A stretch of 64,000 nucleotides of DNA from Octopus sinensis (GCF_006345805.1 NC_043003.1:113522001-113586000), one strand, 5' to 3'. Shown: positions 39,121 to 51,416, counted from the first letter of the stretch. The notes: a model not told the origin generated them from the sequence alone. Numbers and translations: made by a program.

Positions 39121-39513
39121 TATACATGACAGTTTTAGAATTGATTGACAGCATCCTAACATATCTTGAGAAGCAACTAAAAGGGATAGTATCCGGAATG
39201 GTAACCAGCTGTAAAACATTACTTCAAAAATAAACCATGATGTGGTATGATTAAGAAAACTGCTATGGAGCACAAAAGATAACCACTGTTTAGAACAGGA
39301 AATTGTCTTAAATTGCTTGCTGTTGTTGTTTTTTTTGAGAGAGAGATATGTTTTAGTTGCTTTGTTAAATTACTTTGTGTATTTATGATTTAAAAAAATT
39401 TTTAAATGTTTTTTTTTATATATAGTCTCAAGAGGAAGAAGAGGGATAACATACTTGGTCTTTTAAGTTCTCCTCCCCCTCCCTTCTGACACATGTGAAA
39501 CTGATATTTATAC

Positions 39514-39544
<31 letters not shown>

Positions 39545-39611
39545 ATATGTATGTATATATACTAAACATTAATTTTCTTTTATATCAGTCTTGAAAATTT
39601 GGCAAGTTTAA

Positions 39612-39833
39612 CCCTTTCATTACCAACCCAGCTGAAACCAGCTCTTGCTCAGTAGTACAAATGTCTTGTTTTCATAAGTTTTGAATTAAAATCTTCCACC
39701 ATATCTTAGTTACAATTTATGTTCCTAACACTAGCTGAATGATAAATAAGCTATTTTACTAAATTCTTTGTTATATTTAAATTAACTGAAAGAAACACCT
39801 GAGCATCTGAACAGAAACATAGTAATGAAAGGG
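39612..39833. mobile_element. piggyBac-like MITE, family 2 (222 bp)
   Basis: Perfect 12-bp TIR CCCTTTCATTAC/GTAATGAAAGGG; TTAA on the left and TTAT on the right. Further copies at 6127-6246 and 49922-50435. Confidence 0.85.
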
Positions 39834-40759
39834 TTATGTGAGACTTTTGAGGTCAGTTGATGACATTTTAGTCTCTTCAGTTAACTAAAACCCCTGTTCA
39901 GACTTCTGAGCTTGAGATGTAGCAATATTGATACGGTCCATTAAAAACTGATATTTAAGTGTTCCATTCATTGGAACAGACATGTTCTTATGACTATGAG
40001 AGAAATAGTCTGCTAAACATTTTTATAAGTTCTGAAAAAAAGTTTGCAAGCTCCTCATAAACCATATCCCTAAAGGCTGAGCCATTTCATTTCCCTTGCC
40101 CTTCAAACTTGCAGTTTATGACCATAATTAATGGGTGAGACTTGGATTAATTCTGCTGACCAACTAGAGCAAAAATGAAATGTATAATTAGCATCATTAG
40201 TGGTTCTTCACAGTTTCCATTTTAAGAACGAGGATGGTTCGACTGATACAGTATCTAAAAATAATTTAAAATTTCTTAAAAGCGATCAAAAGTTCAGACC
40301 CAGCCCCTGCACTAATTTAAATGTACAGCATTATTATCATCAACCACAGAAGCCGTGTAAGATCTGTGTTTTGTTAGCTTGCAGTTTTGAGTTTTATCTC
40401 TTCATACGAGTAAGAGTGAGACAGGGATAAAATTATTGTCATCCATAAACAAACTGAGGTTAATTGATTTCTTTTAGAAAGGCTCTAAGATGAAGTTTCT
40501 AGTAGAACTTTCAGGGTAAAAGGAGTGACTGGATTTAACATCATTAAATTTTAAATACAAATTGGGTAAAACCTAGCCTCTTGTTTAATTATAGAGTTTA
40601 TGAGCCTGAGACTACCTTGGCTGGGAAGCACGTTTCTGTGGGGTTCAGACTGAGAAACCATTATAATGAACCATATTTTGTATTGTCTGAAATCTAACAA
40701 ATCTATTTATTAATCTATTTTTTATCAATCAAAATGACATTGCTAATTTCATCAGACAT

Positions 40760-41700
40760 AGCACCACTACAGTCTTTGCAGATAACTCTAAGCTTCAGAG
40801 AGTCATTAAGGAAGTATGTGATTGAAAGAAACTTCAATCAGATCTATACGCACTGACCCAGTGGGCACAAGTAAACAATATGCAGCTGAATGAGGAAAGC
40901 GTTGAGTTCATCCACTTTGGAAAAGAGGGCATACACAAACAACCCTATTCATACCATTGGGAGACCTACTTGTACCATCAAATGATATCAGAAACACAGA
41001 TGGAGTGCACACATCAACACAAAGCTGATATGGCCCACAGAATGTGTGCATGGATTCTCAGAACGATTCTCAGTCTAGACATTATAAAATCATTATGCTT
41101 CTCCTTTGCATATCTGTGAGGACCTACCTCGATTACTGCAGCACATTGTGGTTCCCCTACACAAAACAAAATATGATGAGGATTGAAGTATCACAGAGAT
41201 CAATCACACAGAAAGAAATAAATGGCATGACAGGCCTTCATTATTGGGATCACCTCAAAAAGCTGAAAGCCTATTCTATGCAATGCCATCTTGAGCACTA
41301 TATTATCTGAACAACATGGAAAATATTCCACCAGTATTATCCAAACAAAGTCATTATTAAGTTTATGAGTCACCTAAGGCTAGACCCCTGTGCCATGCAC
41401 TCCCTACAAAAGTCAAGTTTACATCACATAAGAACATAGCAGCACAACTTTCTTTTACCTTGAATGGTCCAGCCCTATTCAATGTTTTCCTGAAGGAAAT
41501 TAATGAAAGAAAAAAAAGACCCCACAACCTTCAAATGGTATTTGCACAAAGTCCTCCAAGAAGTACCACACAAACCACCAACTTGTGGGTACATCTCAGC
41601 CAAAAGCAACCCTTTGTTCAAATGGTTGATGATGTTCCAAAACATTACTTAAATGGTGTCCCTAGATGGTGTTATTAAGTTAGTCATGGCCTGGGCCAAT
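40760..41700 (+). mobile_element. CR1-type LINE 3' fragment
   Basis: AHRMCAWILRT...YLDYCSTLWFP...IEVSQRSITQK.INGMTGLHYWDHLKKLKAYS. Boundaries approximate. Confidence 0.75.
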
Positions 41701-41845
41701 AATGTCTGAAACCGTTCTAACTTATATTTATATTTCTATCAATCAATCTGTTAAGCTTTCCAAATTTTAACTATCAGCCTATTTGTCTGTCTTTCTGCTT
41801 GACTTTACAGAGAGCAACAGAGTGGGAGAGCAACAAAAAACTGAC

Positions 41846-41965
41846 CTTCCTCCAGCTCGAGTAAATGTATATCCATAAAGCGGTTGAGTGACTACTCCTA
41901 CTCTCACACCAATAAGGGAACTTCCATCTCTGGTCAGCACACTTCCACTAATCACGGATACTTGG
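41846..41965 (-). CDS. TENM: Teneurin coding exon D (TTR/carboxypeptidase-like beta-sandwich)
   Basis: Acceptor ttattcttgcag|C; SQVSVISGSVLTRDGSSLIGVRVGVVTQPLYGYTFTRAGG; donor AAG|gtcagt; 120 nt, phase 2-2. Confidence 0.94.
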
Positions 41966-42029
41966 CTGCAAGAATAATAAGAAACGGTCAAAAGATTGTA
42001 ACAAAATAAACAAGAAACATCTTTATATG

Positions 42030-42079
<50 letters not shown>

Positions 42080-42148
42080 GGAGTAAACACATAAATGTGA
42101 AACAAGGTGGAAAAAAGAGTACTCAAATACCAGTGGTAGAGTAATATG

Positions 42149-42232
42149 CTTTATTTAAAGCAGCAGAAAATTCAACAAAACGGGAAACTCAGAGTAACAG
42201 GTTTTGTTGAATTTTCTGCTGCTTTAAATAAA

Positions 42233-42233
<1 letters not shown>
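42149..42233. repeat. Perfect 33-bp inverted repeat with 19-nt loop
   Basis: CTTTATTTAAAGCAGCAGAAAATTCAACAAAAC (42149-42181) and its exact reverse complement (42201-42233). Confidence 0.95.
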
Positions 42234-42268
<35 letters not shown>

Positions 42269-42769
42269 ACTAAGATATAAACACCAAATTAGGCAATCAT
42301 ACTCATACATTTATAAATTCGACTTAAAATGCATATAGTAACATTAATACATATCAATACATATATTTTTTTAAAATATCTATAAAATATAAATAATTTC
42401 AAAAAGAACAATTCAAACTTTTTGAAGGATCCAAAAAGAGAGAAAAAATAATTTCCAATAAAAAAATTCATCATATTCATGAAAGTCAGTCAGAGTAAGT
42501 ATTAAGAATATGAAAATAACAGTTGAAAACATTCTTTATAGGTATAAAAATACCATAAACAAGTACAAGAATGGAGAAGATATTTCTTCCCTGTTTGTCT
42601 CTCATGGTGGAATATCCAACTTGGGGATATCCCAGTAACAGCTGTAAGATTTTGAATTTCTTCCTATGAATAATATTGTATATGACTTGAGTTGTTTGCT
42701 TTGCCTTAATGTTTGCTGTCCTGTTTAACAATTATTTATATATGCCCATTCAAAGTACCTTGGATCGCA

Positions 42770-43185
42770 GGATGGCCTGCAGTGCGTGAGGAGACCTATT
42801 GAGTCAAGTACATCAACATCAAAATAAAAATCAAATGGAATTGTAGTTGTGATACCCGTGCCGGTGGCACATAAAAAGCACCATCTGAATGTGGCCGATG
42901 CCAGAGCTGCCCTGGCTGGCTTCCGTGCCAGTGGCACATAAAAAGCACCAACTGACCGTGGTCATTGCCAGCCTCCTATGGTCCCTGTGCCGGTGGCACA
43001 TACAAAGCACCCAATACATTCACGGAGTGGTTGAAGTTAGGAAGGGCATCCAGCTGTAGAAACACTGCCAGATCTGACTGGAGCCTGGTGCAGCTTCCTG
43101 GCTTCCCAGACCACAGTCGAATCATCCAACCCATGGTAGCATTGAAAATGGACGTTAAACGATGATGATGATGATAATGATGATA
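42770..43185 (+). mobile_element. RTE LINE 3' UTR/tail, opposite orientation to 34494-34990
   Basis: Reverse-complement match to 34494-34990, including modules and (GAT)n end. Shorter tails lie at about 12340, 20790, 26204, 27250, 28690 and 30311. Confidence 0.8.
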
Positions 43186-43334
43186 CACACACGCACACAC
43201 ACACAAGCTGGGCAAAATGCTTGGTGGTATTTCACCTGCAGTAATCTTCTGAGTTCAAATTCCACTGAGGTCGATCGAATTGGCTTAATCCCTTTGTCTA
43301 CCCTTTTTTGTCCCCTCAATAGCTGCTGTGCATG

Positions 43335-43635
43335 AGCATGGTTTTCAGCTGGTTGATCATTATCCCTATTCTCTTGATTTGGCTCCATCTGACTCCTCAA
43401 CATGAAAAACCACTTAGATGGGAACCAGTATCGCAGTGATGATGACATCATATCTACTGTTGAGGATTTTTTTTTACAAACTGGATGAAATCTTCCATGC
43501 AATCCAAGCACTGCAACACTGATGGAAGAAATGTGTGGGCCACAAGGGGTCTTTGTTAAAAAAAATAAATGTCATTTGGTCACATTCCACGTGTATAGCT
43601 TGGTCAGCCTATGCACTTTTCAGCTGACCCTAATA
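43335..43635 (+). mobile_element. Mariner 3' fragment
   Basis: Remnant HYPYSLDLAPSD...MKNHLDGNQYRSDDDII...WKKCV, followed by a TIR-like ggtcagcctatgcacttttcagctgaccc. Confidence 0.72.
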
Positions 43636-43994
43636 TATAGCTATATTTTTTGCTACAGTGAAGGACAGAAGCAATTAAGAGAAAATAGCACTAAATCCTT
43701 TGTTTTCAATTGGCAATTTTGAAATGAAAGAATTTTGGAAACACTATTTTAGAGAATTGCTAAGTGGTAAGCAATAGAGCAACCAAGTAAATCCATTCTG
43801 TTAAATGTAGCAATATTCATAGTTGCTCCAGCTGTTAGAAGTTATAGCCAAAGCATTTGAGTGAACGTTACTTGGAATAAACTGGTATCCTACGAAGGAG
43901 GAATTATTTTCATATCTTTTCAACCATGAAATCACAGCTTCAAAATGATCCTCATTGTCACACTTATCTGTTAAGAAATATTTTATGTAAAGAG

Positions 43995-44310
43995 GTGAAG
44001 GCAGGTAGCTCAATGGTTAGGGGATTTGGCACTCAATAGCAAGGTCATGAGTTCAGTTCTTGGAGGCACAGTGTGTCCCTGAGCAAGACACTTTATTTCA
44101 CAATGTTCAAGTGCACTCAGCTTTCAAAAATGTATTTGTGCTTTAAATTCAAAAGGCCAGATTCATTGCTTTCTCTCAAGTTAAGTCTCTCTGAGAACTA
44201 CAGTAAGGTATACGTGTCTGTGGAGTACTCAGCCACTTGTTAATTTCATGTGCAGGCTATTCTGCTGGTCAGATCAAATAGAACACTTTGTTATTGTAGC
44301 CAGTGGAGAG
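43995..44310 (+). mobile_element. Decayed SINE: different tRNA head plus the 3' body of the 52180 family
   Basis: Head gtagctcaatggttaggg...gagttcagttc, middle gtgtccctgagcaagacactttatttcac, then ctgagaactac...gtgtctgtggagtactcagccacttg shared with 52180-52564. Confidence 0.68.
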
Positions 44311-46332
44311 ATAGGCCAGGCCATCTTAAAGGGGCCAAAGAAGTTGCAAGCAAAAATAATCTTTGACTGGATTTGAACGACAGACCTCAAATCTTTGAGC
44401 TACGTACTCTTAGGAATCAAGATGGGTGATTTTCCATGCAATAATCTCTGTCTTTCTTTCGACTCAATACAATGATAGCATTGGAAGGTAGTCAGGATAA
44501 ATTCTTAAACTGATACCAATGCATTAATGATGTTTGTTTATCAATCTCCTCGGGAAGATATGCTAACAATCATTCGGCTTTTAAGCTGAGACAGCAGAGA
44601 AGAAATATGTGCAAGAGAAAGGGGTGAGTGCCATAAACAGATTGCTGATGGGAATAATTTTCAGCTCTTTCATAAATTAATTATCATCAAGTATTCATTG
44701 CAAGCCATTTTATGTAACACCAAATTCATTGTCATATTGACAGACAACTTATTCCAACTATGACAATATAACATTTGTCATTTTATAGTGTTTGTTCTAA
44801 AAAGGAACTTTGTAGCAAAAAACCAAAAACAAAACATGATTTGTATAGAAGATAGTCTCAAATAAAAGAAATCCTGTTTACTAAGACTGTATGGGTTTCA
44901 GTGGGCAGAGAAGATGGTGAGCTAGATGTTTAATAAAAGATGACGACAAACAAAGCCAGTTCACCTGGCCTCCGTCAAATGCTATCTTTCTAATTTCAGT
45001 TATTCATGATGGAAAATAATCCAAAAGATGCAGTGTTGGGTCAAAATTATATAAATTTGAGAAAGATATTTTGTCAATGTCACCTTGGCCCTAATACGTA
45101 TAATTCAGGTTTGTTACCCAACTCGAATTTCTCAAAGTAAAGAGATGCCTATTTACAAGTTATATCAGTTTAATATAATTAACACTGCTCTATGATACCT
45201 ACTCATCACTGCGAGGGACACTGAGTGAAAGCAGGCAAAGTAAAAAGCTACAAAATACAATCAATTAAAAACTGGAATATCACTTCAAGCCCCACGAGCC
45301 AAGAGTTTAACAACTTATGCACTAGACTACCACACCTGATTCTCTATTGTAAGCACATAAGAAATGGGGTTCGCCAATCGTTTATCACCAATGCTAACCT
45401 CTTCTCAATGACACCAACACTATTTCTCATTAGATATAAAGAATGTTTGCTGTGTTCCTCTTGGGATAGACAGCTGATAAGATGACTCTTTAGTTTTGTG
45501 ACTCATCTCCAAATATCCAAACAATGATCAGTGGTGTGGAAGGTGAATAGCCACGGTATGATGTGCGGCACCAGAACTGATTAACTGTTAACTCTGTTAA
45601 ATAAATACTCCTTATGTAAACAAGTGAATTTATGACGAATATAAGCCTGATGATCATCTCACTGAAGACCACAACGATGGTGATGATGATGGTGTCGTTG
45701 TTGGAGGTGGTGGTGGTGGTGGTGAGCATGACAATGATAGATTTGACACTTTGGTGGTAAGAAATGTGATGAAGCTGGTAATGATAATGATGCTGAGGAG
45801 GAGGAGGGGTATAATGATTATGACGAAGGTGACAGTAATGAGGAGAATGGCTACAGGAAAATAATTGAAAATGACAAGAGCCAAATGAGAACAGAAGAGA
45901 AAGAGAGATGGTGGGAGGAGTTGAGAGGGAGGGAGAGAGGGGGGTAAAGAGATGACAAAAGTTCAATGGGGAGATAATCAGACAACGAGAAAAGGAAATG
46001 ATGTGAAATTAATAAAAGAGAAAATGAAGAAAAAAAAAAAAATGGGGAAGAACAGAAATAAAAATAAGATAATTAGAAAAAATAACAAATGTATAACCAG
46101 CATGCATAAAACAGAGGTGTGTGTGTGTGTGTACATATATAAGTGCATGCACACACACACATACACACACATATATATATAGAGAGAGAGACACACACAT
46201 AGACATGTTAGTAGTCATATATATCTAGGAAAAGGAAAAGATACAATTCATAAGACAACAGTTAAGTAGTTTATATTCAAAATACTGACAGATTATACAT
46301 ACATATATGTACACACAGATAGACATGTATAC

Positions 46333-46368
<36 letters not shown>

Positions 46369-46619
46369 GTATGTATATATATATAAATATATATGTGTGT
46401 GTGTGTGTACATATATGTATGTGCATATTACATACATCTATATACATATATGCATGTGTGTGTGTGTGTGTGGGTATATATATACACACACACACATATA
46501 TACACACGCATGTTTATATATGTACACACAGCCACATGTAAACAGACATGTGTACACACACATATAGAGGAGAGGTTTCAGGTGTGGAAGCAAGATCTAG
46601 AACCAAAAGGCCTTTGAGT

Positions 46620-47770
46620 CAATCTGGCAAAACCCAAAGGCAGACAAATCACAAACCCCTTCAGGTAGGTGGCTCTACTTGATCTGTAGAAACAGCACAG
46701 GTAGAAACTCCATAAGATGAACCCAGTATAGCTATGGACACATAAGAGGTGCAGCAATATCAAAGGAAGGCTAACTGGGAAGATAGGTTTTGCATGTGGC
46801 AGATGCACAGGGGCAATGAACAATGAAAATATGCAGAAAACAGCTTCCATCACGTGCTAAGGGAAAAACTAGAAGCAGTTAATAGCCTCCGTTACCTAGG
46901 TGACCAAATCAGTAGTGAGGTGTGGATGCTCCTAGATTATAGCTGCTAGTATAGGAATAGCCTTGGAAAGGTGCAGAGAGTTCCTACCTCTGCTAGTAAC
47001 AAAGGGCCTCTTGCTCAGAGTAAAAGGTAGAATGTATAATGCATGTGTACAAACAGCCATGCTACATGGCAGTGAAACATGTGGTGTGCAAGAGAGATGT
47101 CTGCATCGGTATAGTCATGTGATGTATATGGAGGAGGACAACTATGTAAAGAAATGTCACCCTAACAGTGGAGGGAACTTGTGGAAGAGGCAGACCCAGG
47201 AAGCCCTGGGATGAGGTGGTGAAGCATGACTTTCAAATGTTGGGCCTCACAGAGGCCAATGACAAGCGACCGAGACCGTTAGAGTTATGCTGCACTTGAG
47301 AAGACCCAGCAAGCCAAGTGTGGTCTTAGCCATGGCCTATGCTATTGTCACATAACCGGCCCATTTAAGCGTACCATTCAATCATTGGGCAATATGATGT
47401 GCTTGAGAAGACCTGTTGAGTCAAGTGAGATCATCGTCATTGCTGATGCCAGTACCACCTGATCGGCATCCATGTTGGTGGCACATAAAAAGCACCATTT
47501 GAGCATGATCGATGCCAGCGCTGTCAGACTGGCTCCCTTGCTGGTGGCACGTAAAGAGCACTATTCGAGCATAGTCGAGGCCAGTGCCACTTGACTGGCC
47601 CCTGTGCCAGTGGCACATAAAAAGCATCCACTACACTCTCGGAGTGTTTGGTATTAGGAAGGGCATCCAGCTGTAGAAACATTATGAGATTGGAGCCTGG
47701 CTTGCAAGTCCTTGGTCAAACTGTCCAAGCCATGGCAGCATGGAAGGTGGACATAAATGAGGATGATTAT
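46620..47770 (+). mobile_element. RTE LINE 3' kilobase, same family as 36840-37840
   Basis: REFLPLLVTKGLLLRVKGRMYNACVQTAMLHGSET; modular 3' UTR and tail. Confidence 0.85.
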
Positions 47771-47817
47771 ATATATATATATATATATTCTTTTATATGA
47801 TTCTGCACATACACACT

Positions 47818-47870
<53 letters not shown>

Positions 47871-48118
47871 TGTACATATATATAGATATGTGTTTATGTA
47901 TATATACACACATATATAAATGTGTGTTTTTTTCAGTGTTTACAAATAACACAGAAAAAATAAATAAACAGTTACCAGGGTAGCAAAAATTCACTCAAGT
48001 AGCAAAGACGTAACAGCCTATTTATAAAGGTAGAAACTCCAGTATCAGGTGAAATCATTTGTATAATATAGATAAATAAATAAATAGAGTTAAACACAGG
48101 TGTTATTCAAATTTTTTT

Positions 48119-48210
48119 CCTTCCGACATATGTTTCGAAGACAACATTGGTATTATTCCAGAAGGAATGAAATAGTGTAAAATAATGCATTCTTCCCATC
48201 AGGGGGAAAA
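48119..48210 (-). ncRNA. Degenerate type-I hammerhead motif
   Basis: Minus strand CTGATGG-GAAGA...TCTTC-GAAAC-ATAT-GTC-GGAAGG; A9 replaced by G and helix I interrupted. Confidence 0.45.
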
Positions 48211-48516
48211 AAAACCAAACACATCAGTAAGGCATTTTAACAGAATGTGATGACTGCGTATATGATGAAGGGAATGCCATCAAGTTTATTGAGAAAAAAC
48301 TGTTAGTAGATATAACGTCAAAAGGTAGTTTATAGAAAGAGAAGGAGGAGAAAGAAAGAAATTAGCAGAAAACTAATAGTGGAGAGATATATAGAGCGAT
48401 GGGTGAATTAGATTAAAGCTTAAAAGAATGGAAGTAGATATATTTAGTAGAAGTGCAATGTTTTTTTACATACAAAAACATGCACACATGCATTTAGATA
48501 AACACATGCATACATG

Positions 48517-48547
<31 letters not shown>

Positions 48548-49099
48548 AGAAAGGCACACACTAAGATTGTGGGTAAGGTGAGACAGTATGAGAGAGTCTG
48601 TATGCAAAACCATTGTATACATGGGAATATTTCCTGAAAGCATGAAGAGTGTTAAGAAATACATGCTTTTCTATTTCTCACAGTTGGAGCTTGCTTCTAT
48701 CATTAAGACGTCCTGTGATGAAACATAATTCTTCTCTCATTTCTTTGTTTGAGACAAATATATTTTTAAACACTCCCTATGCCTTCTTTTGGAAGGACTA
48801 CGTTACCCTAATGATGGAAACAGTTCAAAAGGGGAGGAAATAAATTTAAATAGTAAACCTATTTTGTCTGAAATTCAGTAGAACAATCTCTCACAACATC
48901 AGAATTATAATATTGATTTACACTACATGTATATATGTGTATTAGTAATAAGTGTGTGTGTGCACACACACACACACCCACCCCTATGTGCAATTATCGT
49001 AGTAGATGAAGCTATAGCTATGACCTCCAGCATGAAAGCCTGGTTAAGAAGGTTGCTTCCCAATAAAGGTGTTGATTCAGTTCCACAGTTCCTTTTCTC

Positions 49100-49500
49100 C
49101 TTCTTCTTACAGCATTCACCCGGGGTGGGTTGAGCTGGCTTCATTCATCCTCAACCAGGCCTGGTGATTTTAGGCTACCAATTGTGTGATCTCCAACCAC
49201 TCCTTATTCCAGCGGCGAACGCCGTAGATATGGGGGCCTAGGTTGGGTTCCAGATCAGCCTTGACTGTCATCAGCCAGGTTTTTTGTTGACCACCACGAC
49301 GCTTTCGCCAACCCTGAAGGGGAGCTGAGGCAATTGCTTTGTAGATGAATTCTCTTGGTTGACGACGGAGGGCATGACCCAGCCAACGCAGACGTCTCGT
49401 TAGGATGACTTGTCAGAGGGAGGTGATTCTACACTGGTGTCGCACCGAATTGTTGGAGACAAAGTGATACCATCGGACACGAAGGATGTGGCATAGACAG
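49100..49500 (-). mobile_element. RTE-type LINE C-terminal fragment, distinct family
   Basis: CLCHILRVRWYHFVSN...RRLRWLGHALRR...GWRKRRGGQQKTW...DLEPNLGPHIYGVRRWNKEWL, with two in-frame stops. Confidence 0.85.
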
Positions 49501-49921
49501 AGGTGAGGAGATAGATTGTGATAAAGCAAGATACATGTGATTTAGTCCATGATGCAGTAGACTAAATCATCTGTGTGGAACCCTCTCAACACCTTCATAT
49601 ATTATCATCATTATCATAATGATTTTGAACATAGGTACAGGGTCACTCACTTTGCAATCATCTGTTTCTCCAACAGTTCTTGAGTAGTGACGTGGGATGG
49701 ATGAATGGTAGAGCTAATCTTGGCAGTTCTTTCTGATAACATAAACAGGATATACAAATTTACCATATATCAAGCATGCTGCTTTTCCTTTGGACCAGAT
49801 ATTACTTTACCATTTCAGTACAGAGAAAAACGATATGTAAGGATGCGAAGATCTTTCCAAGAAATGTTGCTGACAGATATGAGATGAAATGCAGTCTGAG
49901 TCAAAACTGAAAGTTATTGAC

Positions 49922-50435
49922 TTACTCTATTTCTGTTGAGATGCTCTGCGTTTCTTTCAGTTACTTTAAATATAACAAAGAATTTAGTAAAATATCATTA
50001 AGCTAGTGTTAGGAACATAAATTGTGACTAAAGTTTGGTGGAAGATTTTAATTCAAAACTTATGAAAACAAGACATCTGTACTCAGAGCCAGAGATGGTT
50101 TTGTTTTTTTTTGTTTGTTCCTTCTCGAACCATGCCTGGCTCATAAGGGCCGGTTTCCCGGTTTCTTGGCATATAAGTTCCCCACCTGGACGGGACGCTG
50201 GTCCATCGCATGTGAGCTGCAAGATGCAGGAGGAAAGAGTGAGAGAAAGTTGTGGCAAAAGAGTCAGCAGAGGTTTGCCATTACCTTCTGCCGGAGCCAC
50301 GTGGAGCTTAGGTGTTTTCGCTCATAAACACACACACCACCCGGTCTGAAATTCGAACCCGCGATCCCTCGACCGCTGCTCTAACCACTAGGCCATGTGC
50401 CTCCACTAGAGATGGTTTCAGCCGTATCTAAAGGG
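49922..50435. mobile_element. MITE family 2 copy interrupted by a SINE
   Basis: MITE body matches the 39612-39833 reverse complement on both sides of the 50102-50407 insertion; ends AAAGGG|TTAA. Confidence 0.8.
50102..50407 (-). mobile_element. tRNA-derived SINE with V-domain-like body
   Basis: Head GGCCTAGTGGTTAGAGCAGCGG...GGTTCGAATT (A/B boxes); body TGCGATGGACCAGCGTCCCGTCCAGG resembles the V-SINE core (from recall); A-rich tail; 11-bp TSD AGAGATGGTTT at 50091-50101 and 50408-50418. Confidence 0.82.
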
Positions 50436-50727
50436 TTAATTCCCAAGACTTCTACATTCCGTGTCACAATATTTCTGTTCATCACAGAAAACACCAATAA
50501 TTAAAATTATTTTAACTAAATTTTGCACGAAACGTCGAGATTCAATTTCTGAGTTAGAACACACTCATACATATCTCAAATTTCATAGCAGAAAAGGGAC
50601 AAATATTTGGCTCTGTAAGTGATAGAAATGCTGAGGATGGTAGTAATGATGATGGTGATGATGTTGCTTATCATGAATAAGAGAAAAGAAAAAAAACACA
50701 GGTAAGGAAGAATTGCTTTGTGCTCAC

Positions 50728-50935
50728 CTTTCATTGAAGGCATGTCTGGTAGCATAGGTCTGCACACTGTTATTCTCTATAAGGAACTTCATTTTCTCAA
50801 AAAATGATGCGGTTGTACTGGTCGACTGCTTTCTCAAAAGTATATCTAATGGGTCTGGTGAAGTTTTGCAGTTTGAGTCTCCTTTACAGACTCTACTATC
50901 ACAGCAATCTGGATCCTGGCAGTCGCGTAAGCCAT
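50728..50935 (-). CDS. TENM: Teneurin coding exon C (Cys-rich DCxDPDCC region)
   Basis: Acceptor ataattttgcag|AT; DGLRDCQDPDCCDSRVCKGDSNCKTSPDPLDILLRKQ...SFFEKMKFLIENNSVQTYA...FNE; donor AAG|gtgagc; 208 nt, phase 1-2. Confidence 0.95.
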
Positions 50936-51254
50936 CTGCAAAATTATGACACAAAAAATTTATATATGTATATGCGAACACACACACACACACAAACACA
51001 CAAAGCATGGAAAATAATGTTGATGATATCTATGTGTTTGTTCATACATAATATGTGTGTGTATATGTGTTTAAGTATGGATATGGAAGCGTATCTATGT
51101 ACATAAACATATATTTTTATATATGTGTGAATACATAAGTGTGTGTGTGTCTGTATATATATATGCATATGTGTGTGCAAGTGAAAGTGGTAGGTTTATT
51201 TACTTTCCTATGTGTATGTATGTGGGTATGTACATACACCCACACATGCAAGAG

Positions 51255-51316
<62 letters not shown>

Positions 51317-51416
51317 TATATGGAATTATATATATTTATACACTCTTATTCACATATTCTCATCTACCACACTTGCATATCCACATCTAAAGCGTAAATG
51401 TGAAATCCTTGCTCAC

